DNA from: Podarcis filfolensis
Taxonomy: Eukaryota
Reading direction: 5' to 3' (one strand)
Assembly (NCBI GenBank): GCA_964270895.1
Contig: OZ185442.1
DNA: 64,000 nucleotides
Made by a program: the position numbers and the translations under genes. Of the stretch, positions 1 to 13,355 are shown piece after piece. The notes below the pieces were generated by a model, which was not told the origin of the DNA, made no database searches, and saw only the letters and a program-made list of their open reading frames with translations. Numbering within the stretch: position 1 is the stretch's first letter; every line of letters starts with the position of its first letter.

Positions 1-150
1 TTCAAAAATAATAAATAGCAACAATAAACTAAACCAGATTAAAACACATGACAGCTTCTACATGTCTGGAAAGACTGCCACTTGCCTGAACAAAAACATT
101 CTTAGCAGGGAACTAAAAGGTGCACTGATGGCCCCTGCCCAATGTCAGTG
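1..150 (-). mobile_element. L2 LINE 3' remnant
   Basis: Minus strand resembles the L2 ORF2 end (..FxxLLKxFLFRQA) followed by a T-rich tail. Confidence 0.5.
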
Positions 151-1072
151 AAACTCATTTATAGGTAACTTTTGAGGGCTCCTGCCTCGCTGCCTCCAGA
201 AGCCCATTTCCCCCGCAACTGTAACACCCACCCAGAAATGAAGGAAGTGCCACTTAAAAGAGGGCCCTATTTATCACAGGGCCTTCGAATGAGCATTGCT
301 AGAAAAGCAGGATGATTGCTCTTCCCCTCATGGTGATCCCACAAGCATGTCTGGATTAGCAGAGATCAGCAGGGGGATTGCCAATGACCACGTAAGACCC
401 CACCATGAAATTAATCTCTCTCTCTAAGCACCACAAGCTCAGGGTTTCCCAGATGCTGACTGGAACTTGGTTCAGAATGCAACACATATTTTATCCGCTG
501 CTTCCACCCCACCTCTTGTTTGGCTGTTTTATTACTATTGTTTATTACCAATGTGACCTGCCTCAAATGCTTCCTCAGAAGTGAGAAGGCGACATAACAA
601 ATCCTCTAATATATTTTTCCTCAGGAAAACATATTTATTGCTAAAAAATTAAAAGCCTTTGCAACTCACTGCCACAAGATGTGGCGATAGCCACTAAACT
701 TAGTACCACAGTAGGGTCACCCATGGGAATGTCACAGAAACAGAAAGAAACACACATAGCAATTCTTGCTCCATCTATGATATTTGAACGTGTCCCTCTT
801 GAATGTTTCCCAGGGGCACCTGTTTGGCTGTTGCAGGTGGAAACCAAGCACAGGGCTAGATTGAGTGTGAGTACAAAGAGGGATTAAAAGTATGTTGTGG
901 GGTAACTGCAGCACTGTAAGTGATCCTGAGTAAACGGAAAGGGACCATGGGCCTGCCAGTTTGGTGGTGAGTTTTTCCCCACAGGCATTGTTCTGCTCTC
1001 TGCCATTGGCTGTGCGACATGGCTGGTTTTGCAGTCAGCTAGTTTTTAGTCCATAAAGCTCCCACAACATAC

Positions 1073-1146
1073 CTCGTGTGTTGGTGGCCATGTCTGCCAC
1101 TTTCTGGAAGGCATCCAGGAAGGCCACTGCAGCCAGGACAGTAGTC
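1073..1146 (-). CDS. MTSS2: MTSS2 coding exon 3, (R)TTVLAAVAFLDAFQKVADMATNTR(G); gene continues beyond the left edge
   Basis: 74 nt; acceptor gttttag, donor gtatgt; CG+G completes Arg in frame with exon 2. Confidence 0.97.
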
Positions 1147-1161
1147 CTAAAACATAAGGAC

Positions 1162-1182
1162 AGAGAGAGAGAGAGAGAGAGA
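1162..1182. repeat. (AG)n microsatellite forming the polypyrimidine tract of the MTSS2 exon 3 acceptor
   Basis: Directly visible. Confidence 0.9.
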
Positions 1183-2337
1183 TCAGAGGGTTGGCGGTCT
1201 TCACGCAGGAACAGCACAAGCCATTTTGCCATCTCAAAGGGCTGGATGGGTGCAACAAGTGAGTAGGCCTCATCTCATCCCTTCACGGCCGGACCTGCAT
1301 TATTAGCACTTAGGCCTAAACCTGCAATGCTGCCAAGACTCAGGTAATCAAAAGTACAACTGGGCTAATAATTCTGAGAAAACCGAATCTTGTTTGCTTC
1401 TAAAATCTTGAGGACATCCAGTGCCTCTTGCACAACTCTCCTCAGTTACCCTATTTAACAAATGATTTAAAGCCCACACTGTCAGCCTGTGGTCTGGAGA
1501 ACTCTTGAAATTCCTCTGAAGCTTATCAGGGTCCCTGAGCGGCAGAGCGGTCCAGAAAGACTACGGGCTGACCACAGCTGACCTTCTACCAACATCGCAC
1601 ACACACCCCATTACATGTACCCACCTTGCAAAGGAGCACACTGTGTGTTTCAGTGCATACTCTGGGCTCTGTGGACACAGGCTGGCTGCAAGGCCAAGAC
1701 AGTCAAGCTAGCAACCTGGGGATTCCATGTGCCAAACGGCTCAGAGGCATGGAGAGAGTCCCATGACACATCCACGTGCACTGATGTTAAAAAGCCTGCA
1801 TGTGACGGATCCTTACCCTAACTTCTAGGCCAAGCCAAACACCACACACCTGTCTTAGGTAGATCTTAAAGAACCAATCACAGCAATCACTCTCAGGTGC
1901 CTTGCCCCCAGGAAATTGGGAGGCTAGGTGGAAAACCTACAATTTTCTTTTTGTGGGGGATGGGCAGCATTTCTCTCAAGAATGAACTTAACCAGCTCAA
2001 ATAGACTCTATGCCAGCAGCAATGTTTCCTCAGCTTTCCAGTTTTCTTGGAACTATATTGCCTGCCCTGTTTTTGTTTCAGCTTCCTTCCTTCCCTCCTT
2101 ATTCTTGTCTTTCCCCCTTAGGCCTCCCTTTCCCTGAGTTTCTCTCTCTGACGTCCTGCTGCCTTTGGCCACCTCAGGGCTGGCTCCTTGCCCTGCAGTC
2201 TGCCAACCTCTTCTTTACACATCATTTGGCCTCTGTGTTTAGCAGCAGGACTTGGAAACCGGGTGGGCTGTTCATGGCTGGCCCAAGCTTCTGTGAGGAC
2301 TTTGCACTCCCTGCTCTCCCCAGTCTGAGCAACATAG

Positions 2338-2495
2338 GAAGCTGCCTCAATACCAAATCAGACTGCTAGGTCTATCTAGTGCAGCATTATGAACACTGTC
2401 TGGCAGCCAAGGCTTTCCAGGGTTTCAGACACAGACCATTCCCAGCCCTACCTGGGGCTGCCAGTAGAAATTGAGCCTCAAACAGTTTACATGCC
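2338..2495 (-). mobile_element. tRNA-derived SINE with CR1-like tail, degraded
   Basis: Same body as the 58413-58600 copy (ggaagctgcc..ccagggtttcag..cccagccctacc). Confidence 0.65.
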
Positions 2496-2511
2496 AAGTA
2501 ACTGGGATAGT

Positions 2512-2802
2512 GACAGGGCCTTTTCAGTGGTGGTTCCCTGGCTGTGGAGTAGCTGAAAAAATACTGTTTCAAGTAACTCTAAGATCATTGGATGGAATAA
2601 TGTTTTTAGCTGCTTCTAGAATTTTTTTTATAATTAACTGATTTTAGATGTTTTTAATTGTAGTTGTTTTTACAATGTTTAAACCAATTTAAAATGTTTT
2701 CTTTCTTTTTGTTTCTTTATTTTAAATGATACATGTGTTTGCTGCCCTGGGTTTCTTGGAGAGGAAGGGAGGGATATAAATCCAATCAATCAATCAATCA
2801 AA
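2512..2802 (+). mobile_element. L2 LINE 3' end
   Basis: RAFSVVxPxLW-like coding remnant, T-rich UTR, gccctggg..gggagggatataaat plus (caat)n tail. Confidence 0.6.
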
Positions 2803-3854
2803 ACAGAGGAGGCTCTTCCCAAAGAAAGGCTTTAAGCGCCAAGTTTGTCCAGCCTCCCGTTCTACTTATGGGTTGGCCAACACTCCTTGTTAGGCAGAGC
2901 CCAGAGCTTCAATCTCTCCCTCCCCAAACTAGCTCTGAGCCGATGTGGAGTTACTCTGTGTGCAGAGAAAGTGGAGGAAATAGAGAGCACTCTCTCCAGA
3001 TAGGCAATGAGCACAAAAGGCGCTTTGGGAGAGTGGAAGGGGAACACAGTGCGCAAACAGCTGAGGAGATGCTGAGCGGAACACAAGAGGCTCTTTCAGC
3101 TCCACGGAGGGCTGAGAAACACCAGCGAAGCCAGGGGGGCTATTAATAGGGCAGCCGCACAAGGCATATCCGGCGACGGTAAAGCCAGGGTGGACGGGCT
3201 GAAAGGGCCCCTTCATAGAAGCCTTTGATATGCCAGAGGAGGTGGCTGGCAAGCAGAAAGGGGGAGGATTCCAAAAACTCTTGGGGAAAAGCAAAGCAAG
3301 GGGGTGACCCTGGGAACAAGGCTGGGGGGCGGGGAGAGCAAGGCTCCTTTTGGGAACTCTGGGGAGGAAACCTTCTTATTCAGCGTTGATTGGAAGCTGC
3401 TCACAGGCAAGGCAGTCGAGGCAACTTTCAACCTCTTGGGATCTCAACTGCATCGGGATCCTGAGGCCGTGATATGTGGGGAGGGGGCTCTGCAGCTTCC
3501 CTCTGGATGCTGCAACTGCCTTGCCACTCTCAAAACCAGCCCCTTTGCTTCTGTGTTGCTGCACGGGAAGGAGCAACATGGCTCAAAGAGAGAATTCACA
3601 TATCACAATTTTGGCACATTTACCTGGGATTTAGGAGAGCCAGGGCTTGCCTTCTTAACTGCTGGAAGGAGCTGGTAATGAATCAAAGCCACACTAGGCA
3701 CTATGATGCTCATGTGTGGACTTCATTTCTTTCACTGCAACAGGGAAGCAGGGCTCCAACTTCAGCTGGAGTAGTGGGACAAAAGGGGGGGGGCTTAGCT
3801 AATACCCTGATCATGTGACTTGTAAGTCACAAGTAGCTTAAGTGGTGCCCTGTA

Positions 3855-4080
3855 CAGTGGTACCTCAGGTTACAGACGCTTCAGGTCACAGGCTCTGCTA
3901 ACTCAGAAATAGTACCTCGGGTTAAGAACTTTGCCTCAGGATGAGAACAGAAATTGCACAGTGGCGGCGCAGCATCTGTAGAAGGCTCCATTAGCTAAAG
4001 TGGTACCTCAGGTTAAGAACAGTTTCAGGTTAAGAACGGACCTCCGGAACGAATTAAGTTCTTAACCCGAGGTACCACTG
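3855..4080. mobile_element. Tc1/mariner-superfamily (Tigger/pogo-like) MITE, 226 bp
   Basis: TIR cagtggtacctc(a/g)ggtta at both ends; TA duplication at 3853-54 and 4081-82; internal copies of the gtacctc-ggttaagaac motif. Confidence 0.88.
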
Positions 4081-5469
4081 TATTGTTGGGACTACAACTT
4101 ATCATCCCTGGCCACTAGCCATGCCGGATGGGAATAATGGTTTGGGGGAAGGCAGGGATTTTTATTGGGGAAAGGGCAATGGAGAAAGTCCATTAGCACC
4201 CCTTACTTGCTTGCTCCCCACCCCAACACAAAAGGAAGTCTTGTCCATATTGTGCCATCAATACAAAGAATTTACAGACTGAATTAATAATCTTTCATTA
4301 ATTAACAACTTCTGTGCTGTTAAATTGTGCATAATAACTCATTGGTGTTATATATGTTCCTATAATTTCCAGTTCCAAAAAATCTTACTCAACTCTCAAT
4401 TGAGTAACTTTCCTATTTACTCTGTTTCTTGTCTGAGTAAAATTAGTAAGCTTCATCATACTAAAATCCCAGACATTTTCACAGCCATTGAAAGCTTGTT
4501 GTAACCTCCTATTTCCTGTTATACGTGAAATACATATTCTGGCAGCCATTAAAAGATAAATAACCATTTCCTGATCTTCCTTAGAGAGTATTATTTCTGT
4601 AAGATCAAAAAGAGCGACTAACAGATGTAGTGGGAGTTTATGGCCTGTCTTGTCTTCTGTATCATCGTTCCTAAAATTCCTTTATTTTAAGGCAAGATCC
4701 ATCCACTGGTGTGGATGTCAAGCAGCAGAATATCAGTGACTATTAAGACAGGGGGAAAATGGGATTGCGTGGAAGGTAGTGTGCCAAAAGTGCACACAGA
4801 AAAATTGAATATGCAGGACTTGTTTGCAGCTTAAGAGCTGCTGTCCGGAAGCATCCTCAGTCTCTGTGGAGAGAAACATCATCTGCACAATCACTTGTAA
4901 AACTTCTTAAGGTTTGTGCTCATATTCATTTGAGTTGCAGAGTTCCATATGCATTTCCAGCTGTCTAAAGCAATATTTATCTGTAGATCTCGCTCCCATT
5001 TACCTTGCTAGGGATAAGGGCAAATATCTGATTCTGGCAATACTTTATATAATGTACTCTTTAGTATCTGGAGAACTTACGCCTTTCTCAAAATATACAC
5101 ATTCCTTTAGGGGCCTGTGTTTCCAGATTAATGGCTGGACCAGGTGGCAAGTACCTGGAAGCACTGGAACCATCACAGAAGGTGAGCCTGTGAAAATATC
5201 CCCAAGGCTTCTGAGCAAGACAACATGTCTCCTTGGCACAGTACATTTTCTTACTTTCACTGGATTATCTTGCTCCCGAAAATATCCTCATTTTTTACTG
5301 TAATATTATAGCACATCAGAGTAAGAGGTGGAAATCCTGGAGATGGTTTATTATTATTATAATTTTATTATTAACCAAAGAATCCTTCAGTTCCTTGTGC
5401 CACCTCAACCAAAGCAACCTATACTCTCTCTGTTGCAAAGACGTGACACAATGGACCCCTAGCTCATTA

Positions 5470-5808
5470 TTATCCAGCATAGATACCCAAGAGGTGCTCA
5501 CAAGGGCTCAGCATTAAGATGGAAGGGAGGTCTCACAGGGTCCCCAGGGCTCTGTCTTAGGCCCTCTGCTGTTTTAGAAAAGACTTGGAGGAGAACATAG
5601 AGAGTGCTTATCAAAACTGCAGATAATGCAAAACTGAGGGGTAGCTAACACTACAGAAGACAAAATTGAGGGTTAAAACTGCCTTGACAGGCTGGAAAGC
5701 TGGGCTGAAACCAAGAATGTAAATTCAATAGAAATGAATGTAAAATCCTCCATTTAAGTACCTAAGGGCCAAAGGTACAAGGATAGGATGCAGAGACACC
5801 TAGCCTGG
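5470..5808 (+). mobile_element. CR1 LINE reverse-transcriptase fragment
   Basis: Degenerate GVPQGSVLGP..IKxADxxKL..LDRLESWA..NxMxFN..KxLHL motifs. Confidence 0.85.
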
Positions 5809-6449
5809 CATCCAGATGACACCTTTCCACTCATTACTGAAACCTACCAGCTCTTAGCTGATTGCATCAGCACTGCAATTAATTTCACACACCAACCCCT
5901 GAAATGCCTTTTCCCTGTAAAACACATACAAGACTGTTGTCATGGTGTAATTCACAAGGCCACTGACAGATGGCACTAGCCCTGCAAACTACAACGTGAT
6001 GACAATTAGGAGGAGAGGAAGGTGGAAACTGGAGGGCAGGAGGTTTAAGCTGAAGCAAAGGAGGAGGGAAAGGAACTGAAGGAGGAGATGAGGCAGAGGA
6101 GAAAGGGTGCGCAGCTGAGGAAGAGCCTCCTGAGAAAGGGAGGAAGACTGCAAATTTTATTTCAATTGCTTACAAAGAGTTCCATTTGGCCATTCCTTCT
6201 GGGAACAGGCCAAACAGATGCGCCAAACTGCCCCTGACCTCTCCACCCATCAGCTGATGCAAAGGGAGATCAAGTTAGCTTGACCTGGGTTCATGAGACA
6301 GCTCCCTGCTCCATTTGCTGGGCTTTGGAGTCTTGAAGTTTGGACTTCACAGTCCCTCACAAGCAGCAACGTTTCTAAAAGGAAGGCAAAAACCTTCTTT
6401 TTAGCAGCATGCTGCTGCCTGAGAGGCGATTTAATGTCCAGGCTTAGAA

Positions 6450-6575
6450 GCACGATGCCATTTGTGACATCACTTGACTGGCAGGTGGATGGACTTGCTC
6501 ACCTGTCAATTTTGGACCACAAGGCAGATCCTGATAAGGATATAGCTTGCAGAGCCAAAATGGTTCCCCACCTTG
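6450..6575. mobile_element. End of a putative hAT-type MITE (related to 35900-36025)
   Basis: Internal ttgac..ggtgg..cacctgtcaa palindrome and terminus gccaaaatggttccccac; similar layout at 35900-36025. Confidence 0.4.
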
Positions 6576-8736
6576 GGCTAAAGGGGGTGTTGCAAGTGGA
6601 GGAAACAGGGGCACAGTCCCTAGTTTTTACTTTTTTATCCCAGGTTAACACCGGTCTATACGCTATCCTTCCTCCAATAAAATGTAAAGAAACTCAGGTA
6701 TGAAATAAGACTAGCATAAGAAAACAGTGTTTTCCATAAATTTTTGAACTGTGAGAGTGATTTGTACAGGATTTTTTTCTGATGCCCTACATAATATTCT
6801 AATTTATCATGTTTATTTTACATTTGATTAGTAAACAAGATTAAAAACTTTGAAACTGCCAAGGTTGCCCGATCTTGTACTTACAATTGGCATCCACTCA
6901 TTGCAACTAGCATACTCATAAAATATAACTGTGTGTGTGTATGTAAAAGAAAGCATTAGAAAAAATTATGCCCAAGGTAACTGTTAGAAAAAACAACTGT
7001 CACAGATGCTATTAGCAGACCAACTGAATATAGTCAAATATGCAAAACTGAGGCAGGCTCTACTCAAATACTGGGTTGGGCCACAAGGTAGTGTTTGGAA
7101 AGGTGCTTTTCCCAAGAGAATACCAGGAAAATGCTATATTCTTCACTTGAACCCTTTAGTGCTGCTGAGGCACTCACTTTGTTCAATTAACTAAAAAAAA
7201 ATTGAAAATAGAGGTTCCACACAATGCCTTAAAATGGCATTGTATTATCTATTATTCTCAAGATCCTTCTATAACATTAACTCTCAAGAAAATCCTGTTC
7301 ATGAAAGGTTTTCAGAAGCTTTAATTAAAAGTTTACTCCTTATAGAATGATCCCATTTTATGTTACCTGGCATCAATTATGAACAGCCTATTAATTGCCC
7401 CTTGAACGGACTTAGTTAATTGCCGGCCTAGGGTCAGTTTCTGTTCCCATGGGGTGGGGGCTTGGATTACAGATTTCCTTGTGTAAGTGTGTCTCCACAC
7501 ACACACCCCCTCATTTTTATATAGCCAAAAATGTATTCTGCTATTTTTTTTTAATGATTTTTTTAAAAAAAGAAAAATGATAAATGGAGCTTTCCCCTCC
7601 CCATGGGAACCGCAACCAATATTAAGGCAATTAAGAAAGGCTATTCAGGAGGATATTAAAAGCTACTCAGCACTAATCTTGAACCAGTGCTAATCACAAA
7701 GCTATGAGTTAAATCTGCAAACAGGAACTGTTTAATTAAAAAGGCAAAGGAGCCATTAAAAGACTCAATAGCACTTTGCCTGTAGATGGGCTGGTACTTC
7801 AATTTTGTTTTGTTACAAAAAGAAAAAGAGCCACAAGGTCTGAAAAATATTAAGAGAAAATAAAAACCCCTAGGATACAAAGAACTAACAACAAGATCAC
7901 AGTGATGATCTATCAAAAGGGAGAGAAGGAAGAATGGCAGTTCCAGAGAAAAGAGCAGGCACACTTGCCTGAGAGAAAGCAGCTGACATGGGGGAGGCTA
8001 TGGCTTTGGCACATGCTTTTCTGTGATGGCTGGAAGGGGATGGAAAGGAGGATCAGAACATGCACACCAGATCATGCTAAGAAATGGTACCTTCTTGTGG
8101 AGAGGGACATTCAGGTAAGAAATGGCAGGTGAAAGGAACTCAGGGGCCAACTATGCTGTTTCTGAGCAGCCATATGGGTGGGACCTCTCATTACTAGCAG
8201 CAAAGCTACTAGGATTTTGCCCTCCCCATTGCTTCTAAAACTTAACTTAAAGCAGTGAGTTATTTTATTTTTGCATTGAACCGGGGCATTCCCAGCTCAT
8301 TATGTGGTAGTCACAGCCTCCAGGGATGCCAGCAGAATTTCCTGGGCCCATTTCACTGTATGTGGATTGAGCCCTATAACACACTCAGAAAAACTGACAC
8401 AGATCTGCACAGGTTTTGTTTCCCCACAAAGAAATGATGCAGGGCGGTTTTTAAAAAATAGATTCAGACTGCATTTCGTCTGAGAGAAGACCTTCACCCA
8501 GCTTTTGGATCCAATGATCTCCAAGGTAGCTTGCAGCAGATTACAATAATCCAAAACAACAACAACAAACAAACAAACAAAAAACCCACCCATCAGCTCT
8601 CATTCCTCTGGCCAGTGTCATTCAACTCCTAGAGCAGCTGCCAGCTGGAAAATATACACCACTTGGGGATATTTGCCCAGCTTGCACTGCTGTTTGGCCA
8701 AGAGTGCCTGATGAAACCGTAATCTGCCATGCAAAA

Positions 8737-8872
8737 TCTACCCCATCACCTAGCACCCTCCAGCTGTTTTGGACTACAATTCCCATCAGTTACAGCTAGC
8801 ATGACTAGGTGATTTGGGGTCTGATGGGAGTTGTAGTCCAAAGCAGCTGGAGGACAGCTGGTTGGTGAAGCT
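8737..8872. mobile_element. Hairpin hAT-type MITE (ggactacaa(t/c)tcccatca family)
   Basis: Inverted arms cctccagctgttttggactacaattcccatcag / ctgatgggagttgtagtccaaagcagctggagg. Confidence 0.8.
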
Positions 8873-9103
8873 TGGTCTACGCTCTCACTATGTGCAGCGC
8901 TACTGCCTGTGGGGTTTCAAAAGAACCTGAACCAGCTGGGGACACATCGTTTATTTTCTAAAGAAAGGAGGGTGTGGGGAGAGGAAGCTGAGAGCATAGA
9001 AGAAATCAAGAGTCTCTTTTCATGACACACATGGCGAGAAGACCAAGCTGGGGGACAAATGGCAGCTGTGTTGTTGCTGTGCCAGTTCTGTCGAGAAACT
9101 CAC

Positions 9104-9165
9104 CGCAGTTGGGAGTGGAGTTTAGTTGCCTTGGAGTTGAAATCTTCCCAGATGGGGTAGGAACT
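9104..9165 (-). CDS. MTSS2: MTSS2 coding exon 2, SSYPIWEDFNSKATKLHSQL(R)
   Basis: 62 nt; acceptor ttccag, donor gtgagt; phase 0 start joins exon 1 in frame; I-BAR sequence. Confidence 0.97.
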
Positions 9166-10779
9166 CTGGAACAGAGAAGGGAGGGGGGAAAGAGTTGAGC
9201 AAACAGGTGACTGCTCTGCGTTCACTGCCTGAGCTACCCCAGCCCCACAAACAGGACACAACAAACAGCCAATCTTGAATCCAGAGGGCTCCTGTGAAAA
9301 GACCAACCGTCATCTCCTTATACATTTTCAGCATCATTCGTAAATGTGAGCAGCCATCTCTGGCTGAGGACTGTTGCCTCTTTGAGAAGAAAACTGTTAA
9401 AGGCGGCCATTTTTAAATGACTGATTGTTGAAGCTGAACTAAAGAGGCCTCAGCTGTTTAGCAAACCCTGGTGGGAACCTGCCTGGTTTACTTTAACCAT
9501 AGTTACCATCTGGCGCTGGTGTTTACATTGTTAAGGGGTGTTGTGCTTGGGAGGGGAAGTGGGCAACCCCCCCTGGCTCAGCCCAGCCCTAAAATCTTGG
9601 CAAGGGTGAAAATATCACCACCACTGCATCTGCTGTCCCAGCAGTCTCTTGTCCCCTATATTGGAGAGGCAGAGATGCCACCAGGCGGCTGCCAGGTCCA
9701 ATGACCAACAGCAGAGGCCCAGCTGTTTCTGCCGGGTCATGAATGAGGAAAAAATATTTCACTGTTGCAAGGAAGAAATGCAGCTGTCCACATTCTCCTG
9801 CCCCAGTTTGGAAACTGACAGGCCTGTGAGAGGCCTAAAGGCAACTCAGCAACAAACTTAGCTCTTAACAAGGACTGCCTATAATTTCTTCTTCTGCAAA
9901 TCCTATCAAGGGAGACGGCAGGGAGAAAGGGAAAGATACCAAAATGGACTCGCCTCTCCCCCCCTCCCTTGCACTTTGTGGCAACTTTGTGCTTATGCAG
10001 TGCTGCACTGCCACATCAAAACCCAGGCTTAACATATAATTTTCTTTAAAGATTCTAGGCCAAACATGTGTCCTCAGATGTAGAAGCAGGACCAGCAGAA
10101 GTGCCAATCAGAAACAGTATGGAGAGCAGCGCATTTCATGTCCATAGCTTTGCATACTGCTCATGGAGGGTGCTGTGCCTTCCCTGGTCTTTGGGGAGCA
10201 ACAGCTTGGACTGAATTGCCCAAAGGCGGCTGGAGGTGCCATTTTCTGCCTTTATTTGGAGAACTGGTTGTTTCCACAGAGAGTTTATGCCCACTATAGT
10301 TACCACAATACCACATGACCAAAAAAAGGCCCAGTTTGCCCACAGTGCCTTTATTAGCATTTTAGTCTAAAGAACCCAAAAGGTACTTTATTACTGGTTA
10401 ATGTCTGCTGAGACAGAAAAGGTGGCAACCCTAATAATTTACCCCAAATTTATTGACCCTTATTGTTATGAATCAACATAAGTTGATCTTCTGCATGGGC
10501 TCTCTGTGTGGTACAAACTGTGTCTGTGAAATTGAGTGTGTTCTATGCAGGAAGAAAGAATAAATGAAATAACCAAACCTATGCTAATTGATTGAAAAAG
10601 CAGATGAGAGGAAAAAATGACCCCTCCTTTTTTTACTGTGAAGGATGGGGTTTTTTTATTGTTCATGCTGAAGTTTGTCTTTAAAATAGAAATAACAGTA
10701 CCAGAACTCCCTCTCCACACTTAGACAGATTTTGAAATCTTTATTTTTCCACAGCTAGTAGCACTAGTAGTATTAACAC

Positions 10780-12190
10780 TATTAATAATCAGATTTGCTA
10801 TTTGCTTGCTACCTGAAGGTCTCCAAGTAACTTACAACACTGTTAAAAGAACAAATAAATATACTATAGCATGGAACTAAAACAAAAAGTAACCCCCTTA
10901 AGAGCCGGAGGAAACTTTGGCAGCACACTAACGACAAAAGCGTCATCTTTCATCTGTCAAAAGGCTGAGGGGAAACAGGCTTTCTCCTGGTATCAGTCAA
11001 TGAAGGCATTAGGCGGGCCTTGCTGAGGACCACATTCCATAGATGGGAGCCACAACTGAAAAGCCCTCTTCCCTTGTCACCACCCTCAGAACCAGAATCT
11101 GCAGAAGGGCCTCAACAAAGCTCTAAAGGCCCCGGTAGGTTCATATTGGAGATCCTGAGCTCTAAAGGTCGAAACCAGCACTTTGAATTGGGCTTGGAGG
11201 CATACAGGCAACCAGTGTTGTTGGAACAGAACTGGTGTTATATGATCTGTTTGTCTTGAAGCTGTCAACAGCTGGGCAGCCACACTCTGCACTAATTGAG
11301 GCTTCCAAAGTTTTTAAAAGGCAGCCCCATATAAATTGCTCTTCAGTAATCCAACCTCGATGTTACCAGAGAAAAGATTGTAGTAGCCAAGTTATCCTTG
11401 TGCAGGTAGGGTCATAATTGAACTGACAGCAATGAGTCTTGGAGGAACGCCCAAACTATGAACCCGCTGTTTCGGAGGGAGTGTAATCCCCACCTAGAAC
11501 AGGCCAAACGCCACTCAGCAGGTCAGAGGAACCACCTACCAACATTTCAGTCTCTCATCCAGTCCATTATTGCAACCAAGCACTGATTCAGAACACTGCC
11601 TGCCTCACCTGCAGAAGATGAAAAGGAGGGCTAGAACTGTGTCATCAGCATACTGATAACAACAGAAATCAGTATGAACCCACGCCCCAGATCCAGATAT
11701 TAAAGAGCATGGGAAACAGAACTGACTCTGTGATTCATGCAGGACCCCATACTAGATAAAACACAAGAGTTGAGCAATGTTCCCCAAGAACCACCTTCTG
11801 GAGCCATCCATCCAAGGAGGAGTGGAACCTCCACAATGCAGTGCCCCCAATACCCAACTCAGACAGTCGCCTCAGAAGGATACCATGGCTGATGATATTG
11901 AAAGTCGCCAAGCGATCAATGAGGATCAACATAGTCACAATCCCCCTGCCTTGTTCCCAACACAGGTCATTATACAGGGTAACTAAGGCAGTTTCAGTAC
12001 TAAAATCAGGCTTCAGTCCAAATTGAAATGGATCCAGAAAACCTGTCTCTTCCAAGAGCACCTGAATCTGTTTGGCAACCACCCTCTCAAGAACCTTGCC
12101 TAAAATGGGGACATTTGATACTTGTAAAAAAAAATTCAGATCTTCCAGGTCTAGGGAAGGCTTATTCAGGAATGGTCTTGTGATGACTAC
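10780..12190 (-). mobile_element. L2 LINE, 5'-truncated, with RT domain and C-terminal ORF2 remnants
   Basis: ORF 11735-12082 (LDPFQxGxxPxxSTETALV..GILLRRL..GIGGTAL) and ORF 11086-11292 (AAxLLT..DHITPVL..HWLPV..QFKVLV) are L2 ORF2 signatures. Confidence 0.92.
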
Positions 12191-13284
12191 TACTGATAAT
12201 AATGGTCTTATTTAATGCTTGATCTCTCCTCTCCTCTTTCTAACATAGAAATAAACCAAATAAAGAATGATAATACAGTACCCTCTGCCCAACTTAAGCC
12301 ATACTAAAATGCGTTTCCTCTCTGAACTGCAAGGAATACCCACCTTTGAAGGGGTTGGCATGAACCACCCCTGTTGGCACTAAACAGCAAGTAAATGGCT
12401 CTCTCAATTTGAGACGCTGTTCTTTTTCTGGAGCACCCTTTAATACATGCAAAGCAGGCAAGTGCCACATTCTCTGTCTCTAGGAACTCCAGGAAAGGCT
12501 CCAGGTTTCTCCCAGTCCTGCAGTTGTGGAAAACACGGTAGCCTCCTCCACCACTTTCTCAAAACAGAGCTGGGGAGGGGAAGCCCACCCCTTTCAGACA
12601 TGGCAGAACACCTCCCACTGCAGTGCTCTTACCCATGACAGGATTGCAAACAGCAACAGCTCTAGCCAGGCAGTTCTTCAAGGAACCCAGGAGTCCTGCC
12701 GGTTCTGATCTAGGGGCTACTTTGAAGAAATTCAGCTCTATCAGGCACAGGGCACCCAAAGTGGCACCAAAGTGTTTTTTGTGAGGGAGAAGGAGGTCAA
12801 AGCACGCGCCCTGGCGACACCTTTCGTCTCACATCTCTCATGCAAGCCCCTCTCCAAGCCACTGCTGGGAACACACCAAACTGACATCAAGTATCTGCAT
12901 CACATCCAGCTGAGCCTCTTCCCCTTCTGCTGTAAACTGCCTGAACCCTTTGCACTAAAATATGACTTCCTTGCAAGTAATTCTGAAAATCCTGAAAACT
13001 ATTGCGGGAACTGGACCACATGTCAAACTGGGCTGGGGGGGGGGGAGATGGGGCGGGAAGAGAAAACAGCTTTGGAATGCCTCATTGGCAAAACATGTAC
13101 TTCTTGAGATGGAAGGTAGGTGGACATCTTGAAAGCAAGTTTTCCAGACAGAAAGAAATGCTTGACCGGGGCATCAAAACTTCTGGGGGTAACACTGAAG
13201 CTGGCAGCACCAAGGGGTGGGGGACTGCAAGTGATGCTAGAGCTCCTCCCCCAGATTGCTGAGCGGGGCAGATGAAGATGCTAA

Positions 13285-13355
13285 ATACAGAGTCAGACTA
13301 TTCGCCCGTCTAGCACAGTGCCAGCAGCTCTGACTGGTAGGATCTCTCCAGCATC
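13285..13355 (-). mobile_element. SINE/CR1-type 3' tail remnant
   Basis: cagagtcagac..tctagcacag..ctgactgg..ctctccag resembles the SINE tail. Confidence 0.45.

Noticed and set aside
120-150. Possible MTSS2 exon 4 (GACATTGG = DIG)
   Set aside because: The following codons do not give SALTRMCMRH, and the sequence belongs to an L2 remnant. Exon 4 is outside the window.
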